Positions 21,780 to 32,905 of a stretch of DNA of 64,000 bases are shown one piece after another (position 1 is the first letter of the stretch; each line of letters opens with the position of its first letter). The DNA is taken from positions 29,388,001-29,452,000 of the forward strand of contig OX442314.1 in the NCBI GenBank assembly GCA_949358305.1, written 5' to 3'. The DNA is from Strigamia acuminata. Lineage: Eukaryota. The translations under genes were made by a program, and so were the position numbers. Below the pieces are notes generated by a model. The model searched no databases, was not told the origin of the DNA, and saw nothing but the letters and a program-made list of their open reading frames with translations.

Positions 21780-24433
21780 ATGACCCAATTTGTACACCGA
21801 TTGAGTAAAAGGTTGCAGAGTATTCGTGTTGGCGAGTATAGACATAGTTTTCACGAACATTCGAAATGGAGAAATCCACACACGTTTTTCTTAATGATGT
21901 GCTTGGCCACGGCCGATCCGATCGACCTTAGTAATCATTCTGCTAAATTGTATCTGCATGGTGGAAGTAATATAAATTATAATTATAATTAAAACTAATT
22001 ACTTTAATAGATTTTTAATTATTTCATTCAGTTGCTTTCATCTTAATTGAAGCCCTTTTACTATTCCTTGTCGGCATTCCCTTAGTTTTTCTGGAAACTC
22101 AAATAGGCCAATTTTTTGGTCAATGCAACATACAAGTATTGTACCACATGTGTCCCATAGCAAGTGGTAGCCATCAACAATCACTGCAGATGAATAGATA
22201 CCAAAATTAAAACTGTTTTTAATTCCATTTATAGGTGTTGCAATTATTCAAGTGATCAATTTGTATTTATATCTAATCAGAAATACCATCATTTTGTCTT
22301 GGATGATGAATTATTTTTTTGCGTCGCTGTCTTTCAACTCTGTCTGGGGCTACTGTGGACATAAGTGGAATCCGCAAAGTGATAATCGTTAATTAGCATT
22401 GATTTCGTACTAAGTGTTTGTATTGCAGATTGTTTCACAAGACAGGAATGGGAATATTGTCTGGAACGAGATTCGCTGTACTACAATAACAGCTGTCTTT
22501 CGATAGAAAACTTCTGTAGAAACTTTGAGTTTGCAGAATTTAATAACACGCATTGTGTAAGTGGAGCTGAAGGAGAAAAATCCGCAATTTCATTATTTAT
22601 TCGAAATCATACAAACCCAGGAAGAGATTATTTCACATTTACACTTAAGTATGCTTTATAAATCCAGATTAATGTGCAATAATCGTTGAATTGGAATTTC
22701 CCATACAGAAACTCATTGGGGTATGATGTTATTACGGATGCATACTCTCTTTTAAATTATACAGCCGCGTGGCTAATTGTCTACTCCTGCGTCCATAATG
22801 GACTTCTCAAAAGTGGTGTAGTGGTTAGCACATATTTATTTACACTTATTTACATCAATTTTATATATTTTTAATTTTTATAAATAGGTATCGCATATTT
22901 TGTTTGCTTTTACCACTCTATTATGCACAGCAGTTTTAATCGGTTCTGTTTTTACTCCTGGTGGAATGGATGGAATAATTGATGTGTTACAAATAACACA
23001 TAATACGACAAAATTTCAAGAATCCATTCAACAGTATACTGTATATTCATACTTGCGTGTTACTATTAATTATCACTGTAACATGAGCCAAATATTTTTT
23101 TTTTTTTTTAATTTCTAAACAGACTTGGACTTCTGCACTTACAGAAGTTATTGGCAGACTCAGAATTGGGTATGGAGTAGTCTTATTTTTGGCAAGTATG
23201 AACGAATACCACACATCTTTCTACAAGTATTAAATTTATTTTTGACATTTTTTCAACAAACTTAAAAGGCGTTAACACTCTAGATATGCTGCGTGCTCGT
23301 CACTTTATGCCAACACATTCAACCTGGCTGCTAGTTTTATAATTCAAGCACTGGCAACGACTTTTATTCACGTCGCAACACCGGGAGAATATCAATTAAT
23401 GACCACTAATCTAACAGATACTTTGTCAACAATCCGTGAAGGTCCGAATATCTTTTTCTACCAACCATCGGCCCCGTTTTGGAGTATGTCTTTCTATTTT
23501 ATTTATTTCATGAAGTCTCTAGCAAACAATGTATAGCGGATGTGTGTTTGCAATGACATTTAAACTAATTTGTTTCCCTTTCAGTATATCGTCTTAGAAT
23601 GCATTCTGTTCACTCTGGTTGATATTATTCCGGCAGAAGTTAGCAAAACTAGTATAATGTTTTTCCGCATTATTCTGGTCGTTGTAGGATGGATTTTGGG
23701 ATTTTTCTTTTTCATTTCGGTAAATTCACGTTAAATTCACGTTTTGTTGAAACTTAAATTCGTTTGTTGATTTTTTTTAGAATCCATTTCAGTTGATACA
23801 CGATTTATACAGTATGGTTAATTTGGATGTTGACATAATAACAACAATTCAAGTATTCATATTCACGCTTGTGTATGGTAAATTTTTGTCCTTCAAAAAG
23901 TATCATAAAATGCAATTACGTAATTTTTTTAATTTTAATTAATTAGGTTTTGCTTCAAACGTAAATAATCGCCATTTTAAAAATTTAGTCGATATGACTG
24001 GTTGGCATAACATTCTATTTCACACCTTGCAAGTTCTTTATTACGCTGTAATACCAGTGGCTATAATGGTAATTAAATTAAAATATCTTTTTAAATTTTC
24101 GTTTTAATTTAAAAATTTAAATCCGTCATATAGATATTTATCACGTCGAAAATTATTGCTGCAATAGGACTGTTTCCGAATGATACAGTTTTGAAAGCGT
24201 TTCTGGCTGCTGTACACCTCAGTAAAACGCCCTTAATAATATTTGGTTTTGCTGCGTATAGACTTTGGAAAGCTGCCCAAGATAACCAGTTATTGACGTC
24301 GGTATTTGTACCAAAAAGCACGTGGTTGCCTCAAGTAGTTATGCCACGCGAACCGTACAAAAGTGCGTACAAACACGGAACATGGAAATATTATTTTGAC
24401 ATAATGCTGGAAAGAATTGGAGTAGAAAAATAA
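21780..24433 (+). CDS. Divergent SLC6 (sodium:neurotransmitter symporter)-like membrane protein, copy 1, multi-exon
   Basis: Phase-consistent exons 21780..21966, 22032..22166, 22235..22378, 22429.. and onward. GGxAF..LLFLVGIPLVFLETQIGQF..MCPIASG and W..C.HKWN..C match the SLC6 TM2-EL2 pattern. Ends ERIGVEK*. Confidence 0.82.
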
Positions 24434-24498
24434 ATACTAAATAAAATGGTGTAAACAAACACTCGAAGGTTGATAACACTCTAAACCAATGTACAGAC

Positions 24499-25170
24499 TG
24501 TCACGGGCAGGTTACCCACCCTTCTTTTTTATTCATTTCTAACTTAGACTGACCCAATCTTAAGTTTTCTTATTTTTTCCCAATCTTTCTTTTCATCTAA
24601 CATCGATGATTCATCTCTAAATATATGCGCAGCTTCATTGCGCGCATCTTATTATTTCCAACAATTAACCTTATTTCACACCTTCCACCCCCTCACCCAC
24701 TCCAATCGACCTGGTCACATGACTCATGTTTACCTGGTCGCTACTTTTATCCATAATCCACACTTCTCATATTTCTCTCAACGAGTTAACACCTCCTAGA
24801 TTGAATTGAGTTTGTCAATCTTTATTTTGCGCTTTAATACGCGCACCTCTTAATTTAACACTTAATAGCGCCTCTTTTTGCCCACCTTTTATCCCTTCGC
24901 ATGCCTGTGACATCCTACGCCCACCCGCATATGAATATCACTGCGCATACTCATTCTTTTTAAACGTAAAGACCCACAACGTGAGATTGAGCCCGTCGAA
25001 TATAAATAATGTGTGTTACAGCGAGTTAGGTTTATTCACCGTCCGATATCCGCATATGACGATGGCACAAACAGAGTAAATCTACGAACTTTGCCCGCTG
25101 ATTTGCGCTAACATCACCTTGCGCGTAAATTCAGATCAAATCAATTAAACATCTAAGTTGATTCGTAACA
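24499..25170 (+). repeat. 5' LTR of gypsy element
   Basis: TGTCACG...CGTAACA; direct repeat of 38278..38949. Confidence 0.96.
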
Positions 25171-25174
25171 AACA

Positions 25175-25191
25175 TGGCGAGCCTGACAGGA
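25175..25191 (+). promoter_or_regulatory. Primer-binding site, tRNA-Arg-like
   Basis: TGGCGAGCCTGACAGGA, 4 nt after the LTR, resembles the complement of tRNA-Arg(ACG) 3' ends. Confidence 0.75.
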
Positions 25192-25274
25192 TTCGCTCTC
25201 ACCTATAAGGCTTAAACGCGCGAAAAGGTTAGTTTTTTGAGTTATTTATTTAATCATTTCACATTTTCTTCATC

Positions 25275-27245
25275 ATGTCGAGACAGTTGGGAGGTGACGG
25301 AATTCGTCCCGTCACGCGCGATCCATTTGATTTCAGTGAGTTAGAAATGGAGCAGGAATGGCAACAGTCCGAGCGGAGGAGTGGTGTTCGCCGGGAAGAA
25401 GAAAGGGAATTTCGAGAGTGGCAGCAACACGACCAATTACAAAGAAATCGTATCGAACAACAGGAAACGCTTGTGAGTATTGCGCAACAACAGCCAGCCC
25501 CATCAAATCATAACATGACAATGGCTGTTGCAAATTCACGAGCGCAACCTCAAGTAAATTTTGCCACGTCAACACCCGCTGACTTTTTGGCGGCGCCATC
25601 TTTTTTCGATTCGACTCAGCCTAGAGCATTAGTAGACCCCGTCACATTAAATACGGAAGGTTTGCTGATGTCCGACTTGCGCAACCAATACTATGCTCAA
25701 ACACGAGGTCTAGTAAATGAGATTCGCGAAATATTCCAACAAGGCCCTCGCTCTCTACGAACAGGGACCGCACGGTCTCTAGACGGTGGATCCTCGCATG
25801 GCTCCATAAGAGTTAAAGGCACCTCGGCACCATATGATTTAGGACTTCCCACAGCATGTCTGCACCAGCATCGGGAAGTTGAACATCGAGGCCAGCAGAC
25901 GAGAACGTCCGCGCAGGCTGCGCAAATTGTTTACACAACAACCACGCCGCCAATGCCGGCGATGGCAACGATCTATACCCAGGCTCCATCACAGGAATCT
26001 GCTCATTTGGACCATTCAACACGAGCAAATCGAGATTTAATGAGCTCGATGCTATACTCCAAGATGGGATATCCTCGGGACAGATCCGACACCAAAGCAA
26101 AGTTGTCACTGCCATCAGTAAGAGCGCAACACGCAAGTAAAGATAAAAATTGTTTCAAGCCTGGAAAACCACCTTTGTTTGATCCAGATAAAGCTGATCT
26201 TGATTACATTAATCTTTTTCTTGCGCATTTGTACGCGCATATGTATTCTATGCAGGCCCCGGTGGATGAATATTTAAAAGTATTTGTCATTCAAGCAACG
26301 CGTGGAAGAGCGCAGCGATGGTGGCTATCGCTAAAACCAAAACCAAAAACATGGGAGGACTTTGAGATTTTATTTCGACGAGCTTTCGCCATGAATTCGG
26401 CAGCGGCCAATGTGAAACTATCCAAGCGAAAGCAGCGAAATGGGGAATCTACGATGTCATTTTTAAGTGAGATTGTATATTATCTTCAAGTTGCAGGATA
26501 TACCGACCCAGAGCTCCAATGGGAGAAAGCTCAAAACATGATGCAAACCGAGGTTGTTCATCTCTTGCGCGCATGGAACGTAAACTCGCTGGACGAGGCG
26601 ATCCAAAGAGGTAATGACATCGACAATCGTCTACAGCTGGACACCATTCGAGCAGACGAATACAAAGATCTGGGTATGGCTGATCAACGAATGCCTTCTC
26701 TACGTGATGCGCAACGCCCCACAGTGCTCAAGGCTGCAGAGAAGTCCAAAGAAGACGATGATATTAAGTCTCTCGTGTCCCAGGACGTCAAGCGTTTTGC
26801 GAGGTATCGAAAACAATTCCTAATCGAGTTAGCTGCAGTACAGGCGGGACCAGAGCAATCTCCACCTGCGCAGAAACCTGACTCAAGTAGCAGTAGTAGT
26901 GACACGGATGCTGAACCCGAAATTAAGAAGAGCACAGTCGCCGAGGCGGCTCAGAAAGCAACAATTAAAATAAATTTAGCTACTCTGACGCCTCCAGCGG
27001 ACGTCCCAAAGGACCATGTGTGCTCTACATCAATTGTCACGTTTCCACCAGCGCCAAAACCACCATTAACTGTCAAATGTCCTGAGAAAGGTACAGCCTG
27101 GAGGAAAACACCGAAGGATTGGTGGTATTTGGTCGATTCAGCAACTTGGCATCCGTTGTGCCCCATATGTTACCAGCCATTTAGGAGACCGGAAAACTCC
27201 GAAGGCCTGAAGTTCGGGAAGCTGGTGGAACCAGGCCGCAAATGA
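25275..27245 (+). CDS. Gag (retrotransposon capsid-type domain), 656 aa
   Basis: RGRAQRWW...TWEDFEILFRRAF...RKQRNGES.MSF capsid pattern; position just after the PBS; no canonical CCHC knuckle. Confidence 0.88.
   Translation: MSRQLGGDGIRPVTRDPFDFSELEMEQEWQQSERRSGVRREEEREFREWQQHDQLQRNRIEQQETLVSIAQQQPAPSNHNMTMAVANSRAQPQVNFATSTPADFLAAPSFFDSTQPRALVDPVTLNTEGLLMSDLRNQYYAQTRGLVNEIREIFQQGPRSLRTGTARSLDGGSSHGSIRVKGTSAPYDLGLPTACLHQHREVEHRGQQTRTSAQAAQIVYTTTTPPMPAMATIYTQAPSQESAHLDHSTRANRDLMSSMLYSKMGYPRDRSDTKAKLSLPSVRAQHASKDKNCFKPGKPPLFDPDKADLDYINLFLAHLYAHMYSMQAPVDEYLKVFVIQATRGRAQRWWLSLKPKPKTWEDFEILFRRAFAMNSAAANVKLSKRKQRNGESTMSFLSEIVYYLQVAGYTDPELQWEKAQNMMQTEVVHLLRAWNVNSLDEAIQRGNDIDNRLQLDTIRADEYKDLGMADQRMPSLRDAQRPTVLKAAEKSKEDDDIKSLVSQDVKRFARYRKQFLIELAAVQAGPEQSPPAQKPDSSSSSSDTDAEPEIKKSTVAEAAQKATIKINLATLTPPADVPKDHVCSTSIVTFPPAPKPPLTVKCPEKGTAWRKTPKDWWYLVDSATWHPLCPICYQPFRRPENSEGLKFGKLVEPGRK
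27191..27237 (+). promoter_or_regulatory. Probable -1 programmed ribosomal frameshift signal (gag to pol)
   Basis: G_GAA_AAC in the gag frame (27191..27197), 6-nt spacer, then stem GGCCTG-aa-GTTC / GAAC-CAGGCC (27204..27237). The pol frame is -1 and open from 27185. Confidence 0.75.
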
Positions 27246-30200
27246 GTCAACCGGCCTTTCGCGCAAAACGTCTGAAATCCAAACGACGCGCTTCACCTTT
27301 AATTAACTTGAAAGAGGACAATCCTTCACAAGTTAATTCAACAACATCTCCTACTGTTATTACTCTTCCAGAGTATAAACCTGTAAGTAGTGTTACTTCT
27401 TCATCATCTTCCATCATCACCCCAGCTACAAAGGCGGCAGATCTGCAGACTGCCGTTCCTGAGGCTGTGAAGGACAAATTGCCGAAATTAACAGATTTGC
27501 AACCTGTAATTTCGAAGAAAAACCCGAAAGTGACAATAGTGAGTAAAATTACTAAAACTTTACCAATAGTTAAGTCTACTTCCAGTGCAACAACGACTGA
27601 GGCTCCAAAGGAAGTGATCTCTCCTATGAAGGTATCTTTCGTAATGTTGACGCCAGAGGAACTTAAAGAAACTCAAGAACCCATCATTGAGATAACGCGC
27701 GGGGATCGTTTGTGCAAGAAAGCACCTTGCGTAAAGATTTCCTGGGCTAATGTAGCTTGTACTGCGCTTCTGGACTCGGGCGCACAAACGTGTGTAATGA
27801 GTGAGGACGTGTTTCAACAACTACACGAAAAAATGGGTTTAGACTTCGTGAATCTCCATGAGCGGGTGCAGGTCGCGTCTGGTGACATAGTAGATTCCAC
27901 CAAGTCGATGCAGCTCGCTTTGCGCGCCCCAATAGGCATAATAAAATTCATTTGCATGGTTTTACCCGATGCCAAAATGGATATGCTCCTTGGACGTGAT
28001 TTCTGCACAGCGGCCGGAATCGACATCGACCATGCGAGACAGCAGTGGAGCATGGTGGGCTCAAATGAGATTCGCAAATTCATGATTTATGAAGAAGCAA
28101 AAAAGTCAGAGTCAATTCTGATTTTGCCATTTGCGCCAGAAGAAACGCGGGATCCATCTAACCCACCGGCGGCCATTAGTGAGATCGTTCCGACGAAAAT
28201 ACTAAGGAAACCGGATCCGGTGAGTGAAATTAACTGCCTCCTCCTGGCGCATAGACCCTTGCAACAAGAAATATTCGAGTATCCACATGACGACGCGCAG
28301 TATCGAGTTAAACAAGTTCGCCATCGTACGCAGCGCGAATGGTCGAATATTTGGTCCCCAAAGAGGAAAGAAACTTCTAAAATTTCCTCCAATTTAAAAA
28401 AGACAATTTCATGTAAATTAACTTTGAGTCAGTTTCGACGATTACGACGTTTACGACGAAAAATCAATGTTATTCGTCCAATTGCCAAACAACTCGTTGC
28501 GCAACGTGCTAAAGACATCAATGCCAAGAAGGAGTCGAAAATCAGCATCTCTTCGATTGCGCAACCTGACAATGGTGGGAATAACTCCAAAATGAACATT
28601 AATGACATTAATTTTTTGCAGTACCAACCTAGTGGAGATCCGACCGATTTAGATTGGATTTACCACCAGTTGTGGAACCAATTAACAGTGCCACAGATAA
28701 AACTATTAATTAAAACATTGCAGCCCATTTCGCAAATCTTTCGTGAAGAAATTGGTTTATGTAATAACACCGAGTACGAGGTGAACCTGAAACCGGATTT
28801 TCGTCCAATTCATGTCCCTGTGCGCCCGGTAAACCCTGCGAAAAAGGCGATAATTGATAAATATATCGACAAAAAGCTGCAGCAAGGTATTATTCGGCGA
28901 TCCCAAAGTGATTGCGCCGTCGCTCCAGTCGTCGTACCCAAGAAGACCGGTGAATGGAGAACTGCTATGGATTTTCGCCCCATTAATGCGCAAACAATTC
29001 CGGACGTTTACCCACTTCCGGACATTGATAACATCTTCGCATATTTGGGAGGTGCGCATTGGTTTTCAATAATCGACGGACGCGAAGCTTTCCATCAGAT
29101 CGGCGTGCGCAAAGGTGACGAACGGTATTTAGCTTTTATAACACATCGAGGTTTATTCGAATATGTGCGCATGCCTTTCGGACCTATCAACGGACCCGCT
29201 ACCCTCCAACGAGCGATGAATAAGACTCTTGCAAAGTATCTTTACAAATTTGTATTTGTGTATATTGATGACGTGATTATTTTTAGTCGAACTTTCGAGG
29301 AACACGTGCAACATTTGCGCCTCGTTTTAGAGGAATTGTTCAACGCTGGATTCACCATGAACGCCAACAAAACTGAGCTTTGTCAAAAAAGACTCGAGGT
29401 TTTGGGACATATAGTGGAATCTGGCCAGATTACACCAAATCCAAAGAAAGTGGTTGCTATTCAAAATTATCCTGCGCCAACCAATTTGCGCGAATTACAA
29501 CGATTTAAAGGCATGGTAGGTTATTACCAATCATTCATTGCAAATTTTTCCAAAATTAGCGAAGTTTTCCGACCATTGCTTAAAAAGGACGCAGTTTGGG
29601 TTTGGACAGATGCGCAGCAATTAGCATTCGAATATCTGAAAGACCAGATTGCGATACCGACACTAAAAAGACGTTTTCCCAGTTGGAAAAAACCATTTAT
29701 ACTGCAGACCGATGCTAGTTACTCTGGATTAGGTGCTGCTTTAATGCAACTTAACGATGAAGGTGTGAGAATTCCAATCGCATTTGCCTCTCGCGCATTA
29801 AACAGCGCTGAAAAGAACTATAAGGTAACCGAAATCGAATGTTTAGCCGCGGTTTGGGGTGTCAAACGTTTTCGTGCATACCTCGAGATGATGCCATTCT
29901 ACCTCGAGAGCGACCATCAATCTCTTAAGTGGTTATTTCAGCAAAGGGAACCAACTGGACGTTTAGCCCGTTGGGTATTATCGTTAAGTGACTATAAATT
30001 CACGTTTTTGCACTGCTCAGGATGCAAAAATAAGGTAGCAGATGCACTGAGTCGAGCTCCTGTCGACCCACCTGAAGTCGACGATGAGGATGACAGCCCG
30101 GAGGTCGACGAGGCGTGCTACCTTGCCTATTTTGATGATTGCAACGAATGGCCGGCACTTAATATCATCAAGGAATTGCCAAAAGACATTAATTTGCAGT

Positions 30201-32905
30201 TTCGAAAGTTATTTAAATCTAAATTTAAAAAAGTGCCTCTCATTGCAGCATCTTCACCGACTAAGAAGAAAAATAAGAAAAAATCTCTTATTCCTCGACC
30301 AACTGGTAAAGGGAAGGTGACTGGAAATGCGCCGACTTCAGGTGCGCAAATTCCATCTTCCACTGGCGTAGCTACTACTCCAACGAGGGCACCGCCGGTT
30401 ACGATCCCTCCAGTTGCACCAACGCCGATTGTGCAACCAACTGCAACACCAAGTGCATCAGTTCCAGTTGCGCAACCAACCTCACAAGTAAAAACTCCTA
30501 ATTCATCACCAGTTCGTGTTTCAGTGCCTTTACGAACTCGTAGACAGCGCTCTTTAATTCCAATTCTGATAAAGAAACGAGGAAGACCACGTAAAATTGA
30601 TATTGTACCAATTTTATCTCCTCGTGCTAAACGTGCAATAGCCACACGGACTCGGGCTAGATTAAAGGATCCATCTTTAATTCCTAAAACACCACCATGG
30701 CTACCACCCAGGTATGCTGGAACTATCAAAAAATGGACATTTCCAAAGCTATTGAAATCACAGCAAGTAGGAAGGTTGAAGGCAGTGCGACGTAAATCCG
30801 CTATTCCTTCCCATGTGGTGAAACCCAAACCTAAAACTGTTTCAATTCCCCCACCCTTACCTATTATTACCCCTCCTGCAACTCCAATATCCATTCCTAT
30901 TCCTAGTTCCACTCCACCTTTAGCAATTATTCCAACCAAAATTCCTGCGCCAATAAATCCATCCAGTTTTAGAAAAAAGACTGCTTCGGCGCCATCACAA
31001 TTGCCGACACCTGGAACTTTGGTGGATAAAATACGACGTAATTTCCGTCGCATCACTGGAGTTCCTGCACCAATAATTCAACCTGATAGCCATCGAAGGC
31101 CCATTCCAAGACCTTCTCCTGAAATTCCAGATTTACCAACTCCTTCCCCAACACCTTCAATTCCTATCACTGATTTTCCTGTTATTTCTCCGCGTCAACC
31201 TTCTGAACCAGTGATGTATGATGATGCAGCGGGACCATCAGGACAGCAAAGGCCAGAAGGATATACTTCGGACCCGGATTCTGATTCCGCATCGTCTGAG
31301 GATAGTTTTGGACCTATTCATGACATGTCGCCACCGACAAGGAATTTTTATGCGCCTCCAACATCAGCGCAGAGAACTCCGTCGAGATTGCGTCCGCGAC
31401 GGGAAAGGACAGTAATTGAGGATTCAAGGACTGAAGCAGAAAAGCAAGCCGAATTGGAGCACGATCCACCAATCGAACATCCTCCGTTCGAGCTGTTGCC
31501 TACTGCTGCTGAAATCATTGCTGCGCAAAGACAGGACCCCTGGTCGCGTGAGTTGATATTTTATCTAACTGCCCAAATGTTACCACTTGATCCAGATGAG
31601 GCTGCTAAAATTGTGGCTGACGCGCAAGATTTCGGCATGTATAAAGAGATGTTATGTCGCTTCCCTCCTGTTCATATTAATGAAATTAGAAAGAGGCGCC
31701 AAATTTATCTCCCATTTGAACTTAGAGAAAGATATTTCCGCGCAATGCACTATCCTCCCGTAGTTGGGCATATGGGGCAAGAACGAACACTCCATCGCAT
31801 TAAATCGCGCGTATTTTGGCCAAAAATGCGCGAAGATATTCGAACATGGATACAGGTTTGCGAAGCGTGTCAAAGAGCTAAACCCCTTAACAGGCTCCCA
31901 TATGGAAAAATGATAATGTCCAGATCGCGCCATCTTTTCTCTGCTATCTACATCGACTATTACGGCAAGAAACCTCGATCCACAGAGGGACATTGCTATG
32001 CCTTTGTGATGGTCGACTCTGCTAGCCGATGGTTAGACGTGCGTTTAACCGAAAACTCAAATATAGCCACTACGGTGAAACAAATTCAGAAATTCTGTAA
32101 AAGATGGGGTTTTCCCAAGATAATTATCAGCGATAATGCGCCTGCTTTTCGCTCACCAGAATTTCGTAGCCAAATCCAGCAACTTGGCGCAATAAATAGA
32201 TATACCGCCGCATATCACCCGCAAGGTAATATTGCGGAGAGGCTTAACCAATCATTAAAGAACTGTATATTAGCATATATTGATGATGACCATACTAGAT
32301 GGGACGTCAACATTGGCTATTTCGTGCTCGCGATTAATTCAGCGTATCAAATTTCTTTAAAGTATTCACCCTTTAAAATGGTAACAGGCCAGGAAGCTCG
32401 ATTTCCGGGCGACCTAGATAGCGACACGGATGACGGAGAACCGTTGCCGCCCGTGGAAGCTGAGAACTTGCACGAACATATGCGTAGAATGAGAGAAAGC
32501 GCGATTAACAACTTGCGCGAGTCCCAAATTCGACACAAAAAATGGTTCGATTTAAAACGGCGCCCCCATGACTTCCGTCCTGGCGACTGGGTAACTTTGC
32601 GCAATCGGCAACCTTCGTCTGCCGATAAACAATTCGCAGCAGGTTTACGCCAACGGACCGAAGGTGTATATATTATACATAGATTGGTGGGCCCCAATAC
32701 AGTAATCCTAATGGATGAAAACGGCCAAAAAACCCAGCCTTATAATGTCGTAGAACTGCGACATTGGTTTTTTGCCGAGGCCAACTTTTTAACTTTAAAA
32801 GACGTTGAAATTATTGATAAACATGTTGAAATTTTTGCTATCAATACTTTAGATATTTTTTCTGCCTATTTTCTTTCATTTCGGTCATTTTCTTTTATTT
32901 TCTAG
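27242..32905 (+). CDS. Pol (protease, RT, RNase H, long disordered insert, integrase)
   Basis: ALLDSGA; RMPFG..YIDD; QTDAS..ESDH..ADALSR; H..GH..CEAC, IDYYG, SDNA, AERLN. Confidence 0.95.
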   Translation: MSQPAFRAKRLKSKRRASPLINLKEDNPSQVNSTTSPTVITLPEYKPVSSVTSSSSSIITPATKAADLQTAVPEAVKDKLPKLTDLQPVISKKNPKVTIVSKITKTLPIVKSTSSATTTEAPKEVISPMKVSFVMLTPEELKETQEPIIEITRGDRLCKKAPCVKISWANVACTALLDSGAQTCVMSEDVFQQLHEKMGLDFVNLHERVQVASGDIVDSTKSMQLALRAPIGIIKFICMVLPDAKMDMLLGRDFCTAAGIDIDHARQQWSMVGSNEIRKFMIYEEAKKSESILILPFAPEETRDPSNPPAAISEIVPTKILRKPDPVSEINCLLLAHRPLQQEIFEYPHDDAQYRVKQVRHRTQREWSNIWSPKRKETSKISSNLKKTISCKLTLSQFRRLRRLRRKINVIRPIAKQLVAQRAKDINAKKESKISISSIAQPDNGGNNSKMNINDINFLQYQPSGDPTDLDWIYHQLWNQLTVPQIKLLIKTLQPISQIFREEIGLCNNTEYEVNLKPDFRPIHVPVRPVNPAKKAIIDKYIDKKLQQGIIRRSQSDCAVAPVVVPKKTGEWRTAMDFRPINAQTIPDVYPLPDIDNIFAYLGGAHWFSIIDGREAFHQIGVRKGDERYLAFITHRGLFEYVRMPFGPINGPATLQRAMNKTLAKYLYKFVFVYIDDVIIFSRTFEEHVQHLRLVLEELFNAGFTMNANKTELCQKRLEVLGHIVESGQITPNPKKVVAIQNYPAPTNLRELQRFKGMVGYYQSFIANFSKISEVFRPLLKKDAVWVWTDAQQLAFEYLKDQIAIPTLKRRFPSWKKPFILQTDASYSGLGAALMQLNDEGVRIPIAFASRALNSAEKNYKVTEIECLAAVWGVKRFRAYLEMMPFYLESDHQSLKWLFQQREPTGRLARWVLSLSDYKFTFLHCSGCKNKVADALSRAPVDPPEVDDEDDSPEVDEACYLAYFDDCNEWPALNIIKELPKDINLQFRKLFKSKFKKVPLIAASSPTKKKNKKKSLIPRPTGKGKVTGNAPTSGAQIPSSTGVATTPTRAPPVTIPPVAPTPIVQPTATPSASVPVAQPTSQVKTPNSSPVRVSVPLRTRRQRSLIPILIKKRGRPRKIDIVPILSPRAKRAIATRTRARLKDPSLIPKTPPWLPPRYAGTIKKWTFPKLLKSQQVGRLKAVRRKSAIPSHVVKPKPKTVSIPPPLPIITPPATPISIPIPSSTPPLAIIPTKIPAPINPSSFRKKTASAPSQLPTPGTLVDKIRRNFRRITGVPAPIIQPDSHRRPIPRPSPEIPDLPTPSPTPSIPITDFPVISPRQPSEPVMYDDAAGPSGQQRPEGYTSDPDSDSASSEDSFGPIHDMSPPTRNFYAPPTSAQRTPSRLRPRRERTVIEDSRTEAEKQAELEHDPPIEHPPFELLPTAAEIIAAQRQDPWSRELIFYLTAQMLPLDPDEAAKIVADAQDFGMYKEMLCRFPPVHINEIRKRRQIYLPFELRERYFRAMHYPPVVGHMGQERTLHRIKSRVFWPKMREDIRTWIQVCEACQRAKPLNRLPYGKMIMSRSRHLFSAIYIDYYGKKPRSTEGHCYAFVMVDSASRWLDVRLTENSNIATTVKQIQKFCKRWGFPKIIISDNAPAFRSPEFRSQIQQLGAINRYTAAYHPQGNIAERLNQSLKNCILAYIDDDHTRWDVNIGYFVLAINSAYQISLKYSPFKMVTGQEARFPGDLDSDTDDGEPLPPVEAENLHEHMRRMRESAINNLRESQIRHKKWFDLKRRPHDFRPGDWVTLRNRQPSSADKQFAAGLRQRTEGVYIIHRLVGPNTVILMDENGQKTQPYNVVELRHWFFAEANFLTLKDVEIIDKHVEIFAINTLDIFSAYFLSFRSFSFIF

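Noticed and set aside
30127..31056. 309-aa Gly-rich antisense ORF
   Set aside because: Shadow of the Pro-rich (CCN) codons of the Pol insert; no independent evidence.
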